DNA of 62,529 nucleotides, counting the filler. It is 9 parts of 9 records of this genome, joined end to end, with 100 filler letters (N's around TTAATTAATTAA, not from the genome) between each part and the next. Parts side by side here need not be neighbours in the genome. Positions count along the whole stretch, not along the records: positions 36,636 to 46,307 come from SRR31147125_130243; positions 46,408 to 51,461 come from SRR31147125_130481; 7 more parts are not named here. One strand, 5' to 3'. Position numbers and translations under genes: made by a program. This document shows, piece after piece, positions 42,096-50,664 of this stretch (positions are counted from its first letter, which is position 1; every line of letters begins with the position of its first letter). The notes under the pieces are model-generated. The model worked only from the letters and a program-made list of their open reading frames with translations, was not told the DNA's origin and searched no databases.

Positions 42096-43271
42096 ATGAT
42101 GATGACAGAGATAAACAAATACGGGATGATATCCGGAGAATCCGCATACCTGCCCACGGCAGTGATACCCGAGGGTTCCCTGTGTGAACAATATGACCCC
42201 TGGATTGAGATCCGCACGGCCCATCTGGCCTGGAATGCTTCCCAGGTTAAAGCGCATGTGGGTGATGTTCCCATTATGGCCGTTGTAAAATGTAATGCCT
42301 ACGGCCATGGCACGGTGGGCATCGCCCAAACCCTTGAAAAACAGGGCATCCGGCACTTTGCCGTTGTCAAGGTCGCCGAAGCCCTCGCATTGAGGGCCCA
42401 CGGGATAGAGGGCACGGTGTTGAATTTCGGCCCCTTCTCCCCTGCTGAAGCGGAACAGATCGTGGAACATGGGATCACCCAGTCCGTATTTTCCAATGGG
42501 GTTGAGACCCTGGCCCGTGCCGCCAGAAAAATCGGTAAACCCGCAAAGGTGCACGTCAAGATCGATACGGGCCTTTCCCGGGTCGGGGTTCCGTACCAGG
42601 AGGCCTTAGCCTTTCTTGAAACCATTGCTGCCCTGCCTGATATCCGGATTGACGGAATTTTTACCACACTGACCGAGGAGGATGATTTTGATCCCATTCA
42701 GTTGGAGAGACTGAATATGGTTTGCGATCAGGCCGCCCAAAAAGGCATCCGGGTCGGAATCCGCCATGCCGCCAGTACGGATTCTGTGGTCAAGCGGCCG
42801 GCCATGCACCTGGACATGGTGCGTCCCGGGAATTGTTTCTACGGATTTGAGGCGCAACAGTCAATGAGGTTGAAACCGGTTATGTCCTTGAAAACAAGGG
42901 TGAGTCTGATAAAATCGGTGGATCCGGGACAGACCCTTTCATATCACAGGCCGGTCAGGATTGAAGAAAATCTGTGCCTGGCTGTCCTTCCCCTGGGGTA
43001 TGCGGACGGATTTCCCTTCCAGGCCGCAAAAGAGGGCCAGGTGCTGATCCGTGGACGCAGATTTCCCATGATTGACTGCATGACAGCCAATCATACCATG
43101 GTGGATATCACCGGCGCCGGGGATATTGAAGTGGGAGATGAAGTCGTGGTGGTCGGTACCCAGAAAGATGAGACCATTTCCCTTAAGGAAGTCGCAGCAA
43201 AGGCCGGCAGCAGTGTGTACAAGGTTGCCACCGGAATGAGCCCTTTTTTACCCCGCCTATATATTGAATAA
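42096..43271 (+). CDS. Alanine racemase family PLP amino-acid racemase with atypical active site
   Basis: AVVKCNAYGHG, HVKIDTGLSRVG, MVRPG, GYADG. Confidence 0.85.
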   Translation: MMMTEINKYGMISGESAYLPTAVIPEGSLCEQYDPWIEIRTAHLAWNASQVKAHVGDVPIMAVVKCNAYGHGTVGIAQTLEKQGIRHFAVVKVAEALALRAHGIEGTVLNFGPFSPAEAEQIVEHGITQSVFSNGVETLARAARKIGKPAKVHVKIDTGLSRVGVPYQEALAFLETIAALPDIRIDGIFTTLTEEDDFDPIQLERLNMVCDQAAQKGIRVGIRHAASTDSVVKRPAMHLDMVRPGNCFYGFEAQQSMRLKPVMSLKTRVSLIKSVDPGQTLSYHRPVRIEENLCLAVLPLGYADGFPFQAAKEGQVLIRGRRFPMIDCMTANHTMVDITGAGDIEVGDEVVVVGTQKDETISLKEVAAKAGSSVYKVATGMSPFLPRLYIE

Positions 43272-43298
43272 GGCATTGAATAAGGCATTGAGCAAGAG

Positions 43299-44672
43299 AT
43301 GGAACTGAATAAAACAAATACCCAGGATGTGTTGAACCGCCTTGGCAATGGAGAGCCGTTTTTTTGGATCAATCCCATGCATAAGGCGGTACGGGAGATG
43401 CCGGACAGTATCGGCATGGGGCTGGAGGCGGTCCTGGATGCCGAATCAAGGCTGCAGCGGTTTGCGCCTGTGCTTGAAAAGCTGTTCAAAGAACTGGCAC
43501 CTACCTGCGGAATCATTGAATCGGATCTGTTCATTGCCCACAGGCAAAAAAAACAAGAGTTTGAAAACACCGGTCACGGTTTCAAGGGAAATCTTTTGGT
43601 CAAGTGTGATCATGCATTGCCGGTGGCAGGATCCATCAAGGCACGGGGAGGGATTTACGCGGTCCTTCACCTGGCCGAGCGCATTGCTGTTGAGAACGGC
43701 CTGATTCAAACCGATTCCGGGGACTACACCCCCTTATTGTCAGATGCCGCCAAATCGGTTTTTTCCGGCCATACCCTGTCCGTGGCCAGCACGGGCAACC
43801 TGGGGCTGAGCGTCGGTATCATGGGCGCGGCCCTTGGATTTCCCGTGAACGTCTTTATGTCCACGGAGGCCAGGGAATGGAAAAAGGAACGGCTCCGTAA
43901 ACGGGGCGTCCGGGTAATTGAAGACGGGTCCGATTTTACTGCAGCCTGTCTTTCCGCCAGGACAGAGGCGGAAAACAACCCCCTGATTCACTTTATTGAT
44001 GATGAAAATTCAAAAGAACTCTTTTTGGGGTATTCTGTTGCCGCGCTCCGCCTGAAAGACCAGCTGGCTGACATGGGCATTGCCGTCGGACCTGACGCCC
44101 CCTTGTTCCTGTATCTGCCCTGCGGTGTGGGCGGTGCCGGCGGCGGCATTACGTTCGGGGCAAGGATGGTATTTGGTGATCATGTCCATTGTTTTCTGGC
44201 AGAACCGGTTCAGGCGCCCTGCCTTGCTCTGGGAATGATCACAGGGAAGCATTCGGGCATTTCCATCTATGATATCGGCCTGACCCTGGATACCGATGCC
44301 GACGGCCTGGCCGTATCACGGCCCTCCAGGTTTGTGGGGCAATTGATGTCATCTATGGCATCGGGATGTTATACCATGACCGATCAGGCCCTGTATCACC
44401 ATTTGCTTTGGGCCTGGAACAGGGAACAGATTGAGATCGAACCCTCTGCTGCCGCCGGTTTTGACGGGCCCGCAAGGCTTCTGGGAACCCGTGAGGGGTT
44501 AGATTTTCTGCAGGAAAAAGGATTGACCGATAAAATGGATCAGGCCGTACATATCGTCTGGACAACCGGGGGCAGCCTTGTGCCTGCAAAAGAACATGAA
44601 TCAAATCGAAAAAAGGCGCTGACGATATCAGTCGGCAGCAGGGGAAGTAAAAAACGTCATGGGAATAATTGA
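43299..44672 (+). CDS. dsdA: D-serine dehydratase (ammonia-lyase)
   Basis: GSIKARGG, STGNLGLS, HFIDDENS..LFLGY, LPCGVGG, EPSA. Confidence 0.88.
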   Translation: MELNKTNTQDVLNRLGNGEPFFWINPMHKAVREMPDSIGMGLEAVLDAESRLQRFAPVLEKLFKELAPTCGIIESDLFIAHRQKKQEFENTGHGFKGNLLVKCDHALPVAGSIKARGGIYAVLHLAERIAVENGLIQTDSGDYTPLLSDAAKSVFSGHTLSVASTGNLGLSVGIMGAALGFPVNVFMSTEAREWKKERLRKRGVRVIEDGSDFTAACLSARTEAENNPLIHFIDDENSKELFLGYSVAALRLKDQLADMGIAVGPDAPLFLYLPCGVGGAGGGITFGARMVFGDHVHCFLAEPVQAPCLALGMITGKHSGISIYDIGLTLDTDADGLAVSRPSRFVGQLMSSMASGCYTMTDQALYHHLLWAWNREQIEIEPSAAAGFDGPARLLGTREGLDFLQEKGLTDKMDQAVHIVWTTGGSLVPAKEHESNRKKALTISVGSRGSKKRHGNN

Positions 44673-45336
44673 CAAAGAAAAAGAATATATCATTGAAAAT
44701 TTGAAACGGGTGGCAGACACTTTGGTGGAAACCTTTGGCCGGAATTGTGAAGTTGCCATCCATGACCTGGCGGTGCTGCAGGAATCCCTGGTCTATATTG
44801 CCGGTTCCATCACCAAAAGAAAACCAGGTGCACCCATTACCGATCTGGTGGTCAAGGCCATAAAAAACCAGGGAAATGAGGTGAAAGATCTTAACAGCTA
44901 CCGGTCCCTGACCAAAAACGGCAGGACCTTAAAATCTTCAACCACATTTATTCGAAACAGCAAAGGGGAGGTGGTTGTTGCCTTTTGCGTCAATTTTGAT
45001 ATCACTGAATTTCTCAATGCCTCGTCTTTGATTGATGAATTCATAAAGGACAGCCAGCAGAAAAGCGTAAAAAGCAAAGAAACCTTTGCTTCTTCCGTCA
45101 GTGAGACCATATCGGTGTTATTGGAAGAAGCCGTCGCCGAAATGGGTAAGCAGCCGCCTACCATGGATCACAAGGAACGCATCCAATTGGTCAGACTGCT
45201 TGAAAACAAGGGTGCATTCCTCATGAAAGGCGCGGTTGAGCAGATCTCCGTCGCTCTGGGTATCTCCAGGTACACGGTTTACAATCATTTGAGAATTATT
45301 AAAAAAAACAAACAGATCAATGTGATTCAAAGCTGA
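44659..45336 (+). CDS. YheO/DauR-like PAS + HTH transcriptional regulator
   Basis: CEVAIHDL, GAPITDL, LKSSTTFI, GISRYTVY. Confidence 0.88.
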   Translation: MGIIDKEKEYIIENLKRVADTLVETFGRNCEVAIHDLAVLQESLVYIAGSITKRKPGAPITDLVVKAIKNQGNEVKDLNSYRSLTKNGRTLKSSTTFIRNSKGEVVVAFCVNFDITEFLNASSLIDEFIKDSQQKSVKSKETFASSVSETISVLLEEAVAEMGKQPPTMDHKERIQLVRLLENKGAFLMKGAVEQISVALGISRYTVYNHLRIIKKNKQINVIQS

Positions 45337-46307
45337 TGAAGATTGCCCGCATTAAATTCTGGAAAGAGGACCTGAAACTGACCCGGCCCTATACCATTGC
45401 CTATGAGACCATTGATGCCGTGGAGAACCTTTTTGTATGTATTGAGGCTGAAAACGGGGTCTTTGGTCTCGGCGCAGGATCGCCGGCCCCTGAAGTGACC
45501 GGGGAAACCATGGCAAAATCCATGACGGCCCTTGCCGCCCTTGAAGAGATTTTCAAAGGACAGGATATCCGTAAATCCTTAGGCCTTCTCAGATCCCTGA
45601 ATGAAACCCTGGCCGGTGCGCCGGCAGCCATGGCAGCTGCGGACATCGCCCTTCATGACCTGGCCGCCAAACTCATGGGACTGCCCCTGGCAGATATCCT
45701 GGGCCGGGTTCATGAGAAACTGCCCACCTCCATTACCATCGGCATCATGCCTTTGGAACAGACCCTTGAAGAGGCCAAAGAATATATCGAAAGAGGGTTT
45801 TCCATCCTGAAAATAAAAACAGGGCTGGATCCGGACGAGGATATTGAGCGCATACTCAAGGTCCGGGAACGGTTCGGCTCCGGGATCAAAATCCGGGTGG
45901 ATGCCAACCAGGGGTATTCTGCCCGGGATTTTGCCCGGGTATTTGAAAAGACCCGGGATTGTGTGGAATTTTCGGAGCAGCCCCTCAAAGCCGGCCAGTC
46001 GGAGGAGATGAAAACACTGGACCGGCCCATGCGGCAAACGTCGGCTGCCGATGAAAGCCTGCACACACCATGGGATGTACCGGCCCTGCTCCAGGAACCC
46101 CGGCCATTCGGCATCTTTAACATTAAACTTATGAAGTGCGGCGGCATCGGACCGGGGTTGGATATTGCCCGGCTGGCCCATTTTTCAGGCATTGATCTCA
46201 TGTGGGGATGCATGGATGAAAGCGTTATCAGTATTGCCGGCGCTCTCCACGCGGCACTGGCCTCCCCGGCGACCCGTTACCTGGACCTGGACGGCAGCCT
46301 GGATCTG
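45336..46307 (+). CDS. Dipeptide epimerase (L-Ala-D/L-Glu epimerase family, enolase superfamily), 3'-partial
   Basis: LKIK, RVDANQG, EQP, ADES, NIKLMKCGG, DLDG. Confidence 0.88.
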
Positions 46308-46494
46308 NNNNNNNNNNNNNNNNNNNNNNNNNNNNNNNNNNNNNNNNNNNNTTAATTAATTAANNNNNNNNNNNNNNNNNNNNNNNNNNNNNNNNNNNNN
46401 NNNNNNNTTTTTGTGGGATTCTTTGGCGCTTGTGGATGTTGAATTAATTATTGCTTTGATTGAAAAAAAGTGGGAACAAACAAAAACGCCCTTG

Positions 46495-46529
46495 AGCGGT
46501 GGAGATAAATTAAATTCATCTCCACCGCT
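46495..46529 (-). terminator. Perfect 12-bp stem-loop downstream of TPR gene
   Basis: AGCGGTGGAGAT...ATCTCCACCGCT; T-rich sequence follows on the minus strand after a short gap. Confidence 0.5.
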
Positions 46530-46583
46530 ATACAGGACGGTTATGTGGAAGGGGGCTCTTTTTTCAGAAATTATTTATGAATT

Positions 46584-48116
46584 TTATACAGGAATTTCTT
46601 CCATTAATTCTTCTGTCTTTTCTATTTCCGATTCACTTTCCAGTTCTTTAAAGGCAGCTAATGCTTTATTTAAGTATTCCATGACCTTATTTTCATTATT
46701 ACATTCACGCCACAGTAATCCCATTTCACGCATGGTTTCCACTTCATTCAGGCGATGCTCAATTTTTCGATTCAATGTCAGGCTTTTCTGCAGATATGTT
46801 TGTGCCAATTCCATGTCTTGCATTGAGCGATAGATGATGCCATAGAGTTTATAAGTGTCTGCAATGCCTTCCTGGCTGTCCATGCGTTCAAAGTATACCA
46901 ATGCTTTATCGCAATAGCCGTTTGCTACTTTAAATTCTGACATTTCCACGGCCACCTCTGCCTGGTGGTAATAGGAAATGCCAATTAAATAGAGATTGTT
47001 TATTTTCTGAGAAAATGAAAGTGATTTTGTATAATACTTGCCGGCCCGTTGCCACTGGCCACTCTTGGCATAGACGAGGCCAAGGTTGTGAAAGGCTTCA
47101 GCCAGGCCCATTTTGCTGCCCACCTTGAGGAAACACTCTATGGCATGGTCACTATAGTCTTTTGCAGCCTTGAGATTTGACATGGTGATGCACAATTCTG
47201 CTCTCTGAAGATAAGTGACAGCCATCTGATGCACATTGTCCGCATTTTTTGCATGCTGTACGGATTTTTCATAACAGGTACCGGCCTGCCGCCATTTTCC
47301 CTGCCGGGCATAAAAGAGTCCCATGTTGTTGTAAACCTCTGACATACCTGTATCGTCCTCTAATTCTTGATAATAGGACAGCGCTTTTGACAAATATGCC
47401 TTTGCTTTTTTATATTTGCCCTGGATATTATAGCAGGCACCCAAGTTGTTGTTTACCTTGGCCAATAATCTGGAATCACCGTTTTGTTCTGCCAGTGTTA
47501 AACATGTGCCAAACCACTCATTAACGTAAGCCCAATTCCCGGTATAAAAGGCGATACTACCCAGGTCGTTGTACAGATGCGCCTGTCCTTCCAGATCCTC
47601 TATGTCCTGATATTCCTTAAGACCCTGTTGATACCATGTTTCTGCCTCATCGAATCGATTCTTGCGAAAAGCCACATCCCCTAATCTTTTGCAGACATCC
47701 GCCTTTTTCTTGTCCAATGTAAGAGATGTTGCAATATTTAAGGCTGATTGAAATCTTTTACTCGCCCCATCCAGATCCCCTAGCAAATAGTGAATCCGGC
47801 CTATTTGCAAATCCACACTGGCGCGTTGTTCCTGTGATGAAAAAAGATTCGGAATAGCCTCGATTTTTGTAATGATATTTTTGATATAGTCTTCCGGAGA
47901 TGTTGACCCAATAACATCAACGAGAGAAAGACCTGAATTGTCCTGCAGGATAATTTTTTTAAACCCTTGTATATCTTTCAGCAGCAGCGTCAATTCCGGT
48001 GTAGATGTTATTTTTACGTCGCTTTGGCACATCTCCATTAGGCTATCTAAAATTGGATCTAGCTGGGAAATGATTTTTTTTGTGTCTATCATATCATCTC
48101 TCTTTATATTTTGCAT
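46584..48116 (-). CDS. Multi-TPR protein (MalT/Rap-like TPR repeats), no recognisable catalytic domain
   Basis: About ten ~40-aa repeats such as VNNNLGACYNIQGKYKKAKAYLSKAL. Confidence 0.85.
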   Translation of the reverse strand: MQNIKRDDMIDTKKIISQLDPILDSLMEMCQSDVKITSTPELTLLLKDIQGFKKIILQDNSGLSLVDVIGSTSPEDYIKNIITKIEAIPNLFSSQEQRASVDLQIGRIHYLLGDLDGASKRFQSALNIATSLTLDKKKADVCKRLGDVAFRKNRFDEAETWYQQGLKEYQDIEDLEGQAHLYNDLGSIAFYTGNWAYVNEWFGTCLTLAEQNGDSRLLAKVNNNLGACYNIQGKYKKAKAYLSKALSYYQELEDDTGMSEVYNNMGLFYARQGKWRQAGTCYEKSVQHAKNADNVHQMAVTYLQRAELCITMSNLKAAKDYSDHAIECFLKVGSKMGLAEAFHNLGLVYAKSGQWQRAGKYYTKSLSFSQKINNLYLIGISYYHQAEVAVEMSEFKVANGYCDKALVYFERMDSQEGIADTYKLYGIIYRSMQDMELAQTYLQKSLTLNRKIEHRLNEVETMREMGLLWRECNNENKVMEYLNKALAAFKELESESEIEKTEELMEEIPV

Positions 48117-48157
48117 AGTTGATATTGAAAACGCGACATTTTACGACACTCCTGGTC

Positions 48158-48804
48158 TCAGTCTTTTCCGATTGAATAGAGAGAAAAATGAGAAATGCTA
48201 AATCGAATCTTTTTCTCCAATTTGTTAAATTTGACTTTTTGGGGTTTACCTTTTTTGGCCTTTTCTTTTTCTTTTTCGCACTCTCTTTTTTGTTGTGCTT
48301 TGTTTTGCCATTTTTTCCCTCATATCTGGCAATGAGTTCCCATTCATTGGTATCCGGATTGTACCATCTCAGAACGACGGGTTCTGTAACACCTATTTTT
48401 TGCAGTTTGTCCCATTTTAACTCAAGAATTGCATTAGGATAAAATGCCGTACCACTTGGCCCAAATTCAAATGTTAGTGAACCATCATCTAACAGTTGCA
48501 CATTTCCAAAGAGTTCTACAAGGTCCTTGTGGTTCATCGATTTTTTACCGACTTTTAGTTTAAAGAGCTTGTCAATTTTTAAATCCCCACCTTTATCCCA
48601 TTTAATGGCACGATTAGCTCCCCAGCGCTTTTGCTGTTGTTTGGATTTTTTAGCCAGAGATGTTGGATTGGTGCTATCAGTACTCTGAATTTGTTCTGTG
48701 TTGTCGATTGTTGGCTCTGTGGGTGATTGAAATTTTGAACAATTCCAAATACCAATGATAAATAACAACGTAACACCGGTAACAAACCATTTCATAGCTT
48801 TCAT
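48158..48804 (-). CDS. Hypothetical lipoprotein, frameshifted in A-rich tract near 48250-48290
   Basis: Signal peptide ending IWNC; GGGAGG RBS; FGPSGTAF...LRWYNP; alternative frame gives KKIRFSISHFSLYSIGKD* ending at 48158, removing the overlap with the TPR gene. Confidence 0.7.
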
Positions 48805-49039
48805 GAGATCCCTCCCTTAGTTTGATCGAAAGTATTATTGTAAGTTTAAACAGCACTGATACAAAATACAAAAACGGTATTTGCCACTAATTGCAGGCAG
48901 TAAAAGAAAGAACGTCCCCAAGCCATTATCAGTTTTCACTACGGTCTTCTACCTCGTAGACTCGGAGTAAACCAATAAAAAAAATATCTTTTTTTAATAT
49001 GACGAACCATCCAATCCATTGTTAATAAAATAAAAATGA

Positions 49040-49610
49040 AAAAGGTCAGTCATAACCACAAGGCCGATGTCTTTTATGGTGATGGATTATTAAAAAACTG
49101 CGACCTTGAAAAAAATGTGAATGTTAAAAAGTATATCATCAAATAGATGCGAAATCACAGATGCCGGATCCTGGAATCCGAACGGATGAATCCAATGCGC
49201 CTTATTACAAGACAGCCGATGGTTCCATCCCTATTTTGGAATAATTCATAACAGGCAAATACGGTTTTGTGCAAACCACCAAAGCGGGAGTCTTTCTTAA
49301 AGGAGGTACTGGGAGAGACTCCCGCCAAAAAAATGATTTAAATTCATGAGTGTTTTAAAAAGTGACGCAAAATCAAGTTTGCCTGAATCCGGAAGTAAAT
49401 GATTGAGTTCCAAATTGCTTTCCATGCTCTATAGAGTAAACTCGGCCTTTTTCTGAAAATACATTGACAGAAAAAGGCTGAATGAAAAAAACCACCGAGG
49501 CGGGAGTCCTTCAGAAAGATGGTACCGGGAAAGACTCCCGCCGAAAAGAAAACGGGAAATAATCATTATTATTGTCTTGATAAATGACGCGAAATCCAAG
49601 TTGCCTAATC
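49040..49610. repeat. Three ~220-nt periodic non-coding units (hairpin + A-rich spacer + conserved 25-nt motif)
   Basis: Motif GAYGCRAAATC-N5-TGCC-N2-3-ATC at 49146, 49364, 49586; hairpin GCGGGAGTC...GACTCCCGC at 49284-49325 and 49500-49541; different long hairpin at about 49042-49107. Confidence 0.8.
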
Positions 49611-49656
49611 AATGATAGAGTGTCGTTGAGTGGTAGTGTGTTTCACTTGTTCATTC

Positions 49657-49672
49657 AGCAAGCTTTGTGCCA
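49657..49672 (-). promoter_or_regulatory. Sigma54 (-24/-12) promoter
   Basis: Minus strand TGGCACAAAGCTTGCT = TGGCAC-N5-TTGCT, exact GG-N10-GC spacing. Confidence 0.75.
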
Positions 49673-49801
49673 ATACAGTTTTAAAAGGATATTTTATTGG
49701 AAAAATTGTTTGTTTATAATAGAGTTAAGTCGTTTAATGAAGTGGAGCTATGGATGTTTCAAAGGTAAATAGCTCTCATCAGGTATTTTTTTAATAAAAA
49801 A

Positions 49802-49841
49802 CATGTCCCTCTAAAGGGACATGCGGGGCCAGGATGGGACA
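49802..49841. promoter_or_regulatory. Putative enhancer-binding-protein site (UAS 1)
   Basis: CATGTCCC-N6-GGGACATG palindrome plus a second GGGACA half-site 20 bp on; 130-170 bp upstream of the sigma54 site. Confidence 0.6.
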
Positions 49842-50110
49842 AAATGAATATCTGTACCGGAATATCTATTGGAAAATAAGTTTTATGATATCTTTTGAGT
49901 GGTCGACATTTGAACTGTGGCTGCCTTTCAGTTAAGTAATAGTTATGTTCACCACACTGTGGAAAATAAACAGGTGGCATACGTTGAAAACGCCATCACA
50001 AATATTGATTTTAGGCCAACGGCAAGCGTACAGAATTTGATCTAGCGTAGTGTCATTTGTTGTCCTGTGCTCATCGGTAATGTCGTAACAGGATAATTCG
50101 AGGGTACAAT

Positions 50111-50488
50111 ATGAAAATACTCGTAATTGACGATGATGGTATGATACGGTTTGCCATCAGGGCTGTTTTGGGCGCGAAAGGGCATTGAATATTACAGGCC
50201 AGGAATGGAAGAGAAGGATTCGATCTGGCCTGCAGAGAAAGACCGAATTTAATCCTGCTGGATGTCCTGATGCCCGGTTGAAGCGCCATAGAAAGATGTA
50301 TAAAATTTGTACAGAATCTCCACACACGCTCCATTCCTGTTTTTATGGTAACAAACGTCAGCCAAATTGCAGAGATCGATCTGGCTTTTAATCGCGGAGC
50401 TGATGATTATATCAGCAAACCATTTAATTTGGCAGAATTACATGACATGCTGTTACAACGATATAGAAAGCTAAAAGGTGTTAGGTGA
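50111..50488 (+). pseudogene. Single-domain response regulator (receiver) with two in-frame TGA codons
   Basis: MKILVIDDD...KGH*ILQA...LILLDVLMPG*SAI...MVT...GADDYISKPF; TGA at 50186 and 50279; no frameshift. Confidence 0.8.
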
Positions 50489-50626
50489 ATTATTGTTTTT
50501 TTATTCGACGAATGTGGAAAGGTATGGATTCAATTCAAGAAAAATGTGTGACAATGGCGATTTATAACATTATGGTTAATTAACAACCAGTTTTTTGCTT
50601 ATTACTTAAAAATCGGTAAAATGTGT

Positions 50627-50664
50627 TGTCCCAAAGGCAGGACAGTATCAAAAAGAATGGGACA
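50627..50664. promoter_or_regulatory. Putative enhancer-binding-protein site (UAS 2)
   Basis: TGTCCC-N6-AGGACA plus ATGGGACA with the same 20-bp spacing as UAS 1. Confidence 0.55.

Noticed and set aside
43264-43291. 12-bp tandem duplication (TTGAATAAGGCA) at the racemase stop
   Set aside because: Two copies only; most simply a slippage duplication with no evident function.
49250-49390. c-di-GMP-I riboswitch (GGCAAA / GACGCAAA fragments)
   Set aside because: The P2 stem with GAAA tetraloop and the expected spacing to GACGCAAAG are absent.
49040-49610. CRISPR array
   Set aside because: Only 2-3 degenerate units with ~220-nt period and no cas genes.
49146-49610. The 25-nt motif as additional sigma54 promoters
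   Set aside because: GG-to-GC spacing on the minus strand is 13 nt in all copies, not the required 10.
50111-50488. Genome-wide TGA reassignment in contig 7
   Set aside because: The neighbouring long TPR gene has no internal TGA, and TGA terminates the corrected lipoprotein and this receiver gene at expected positions.
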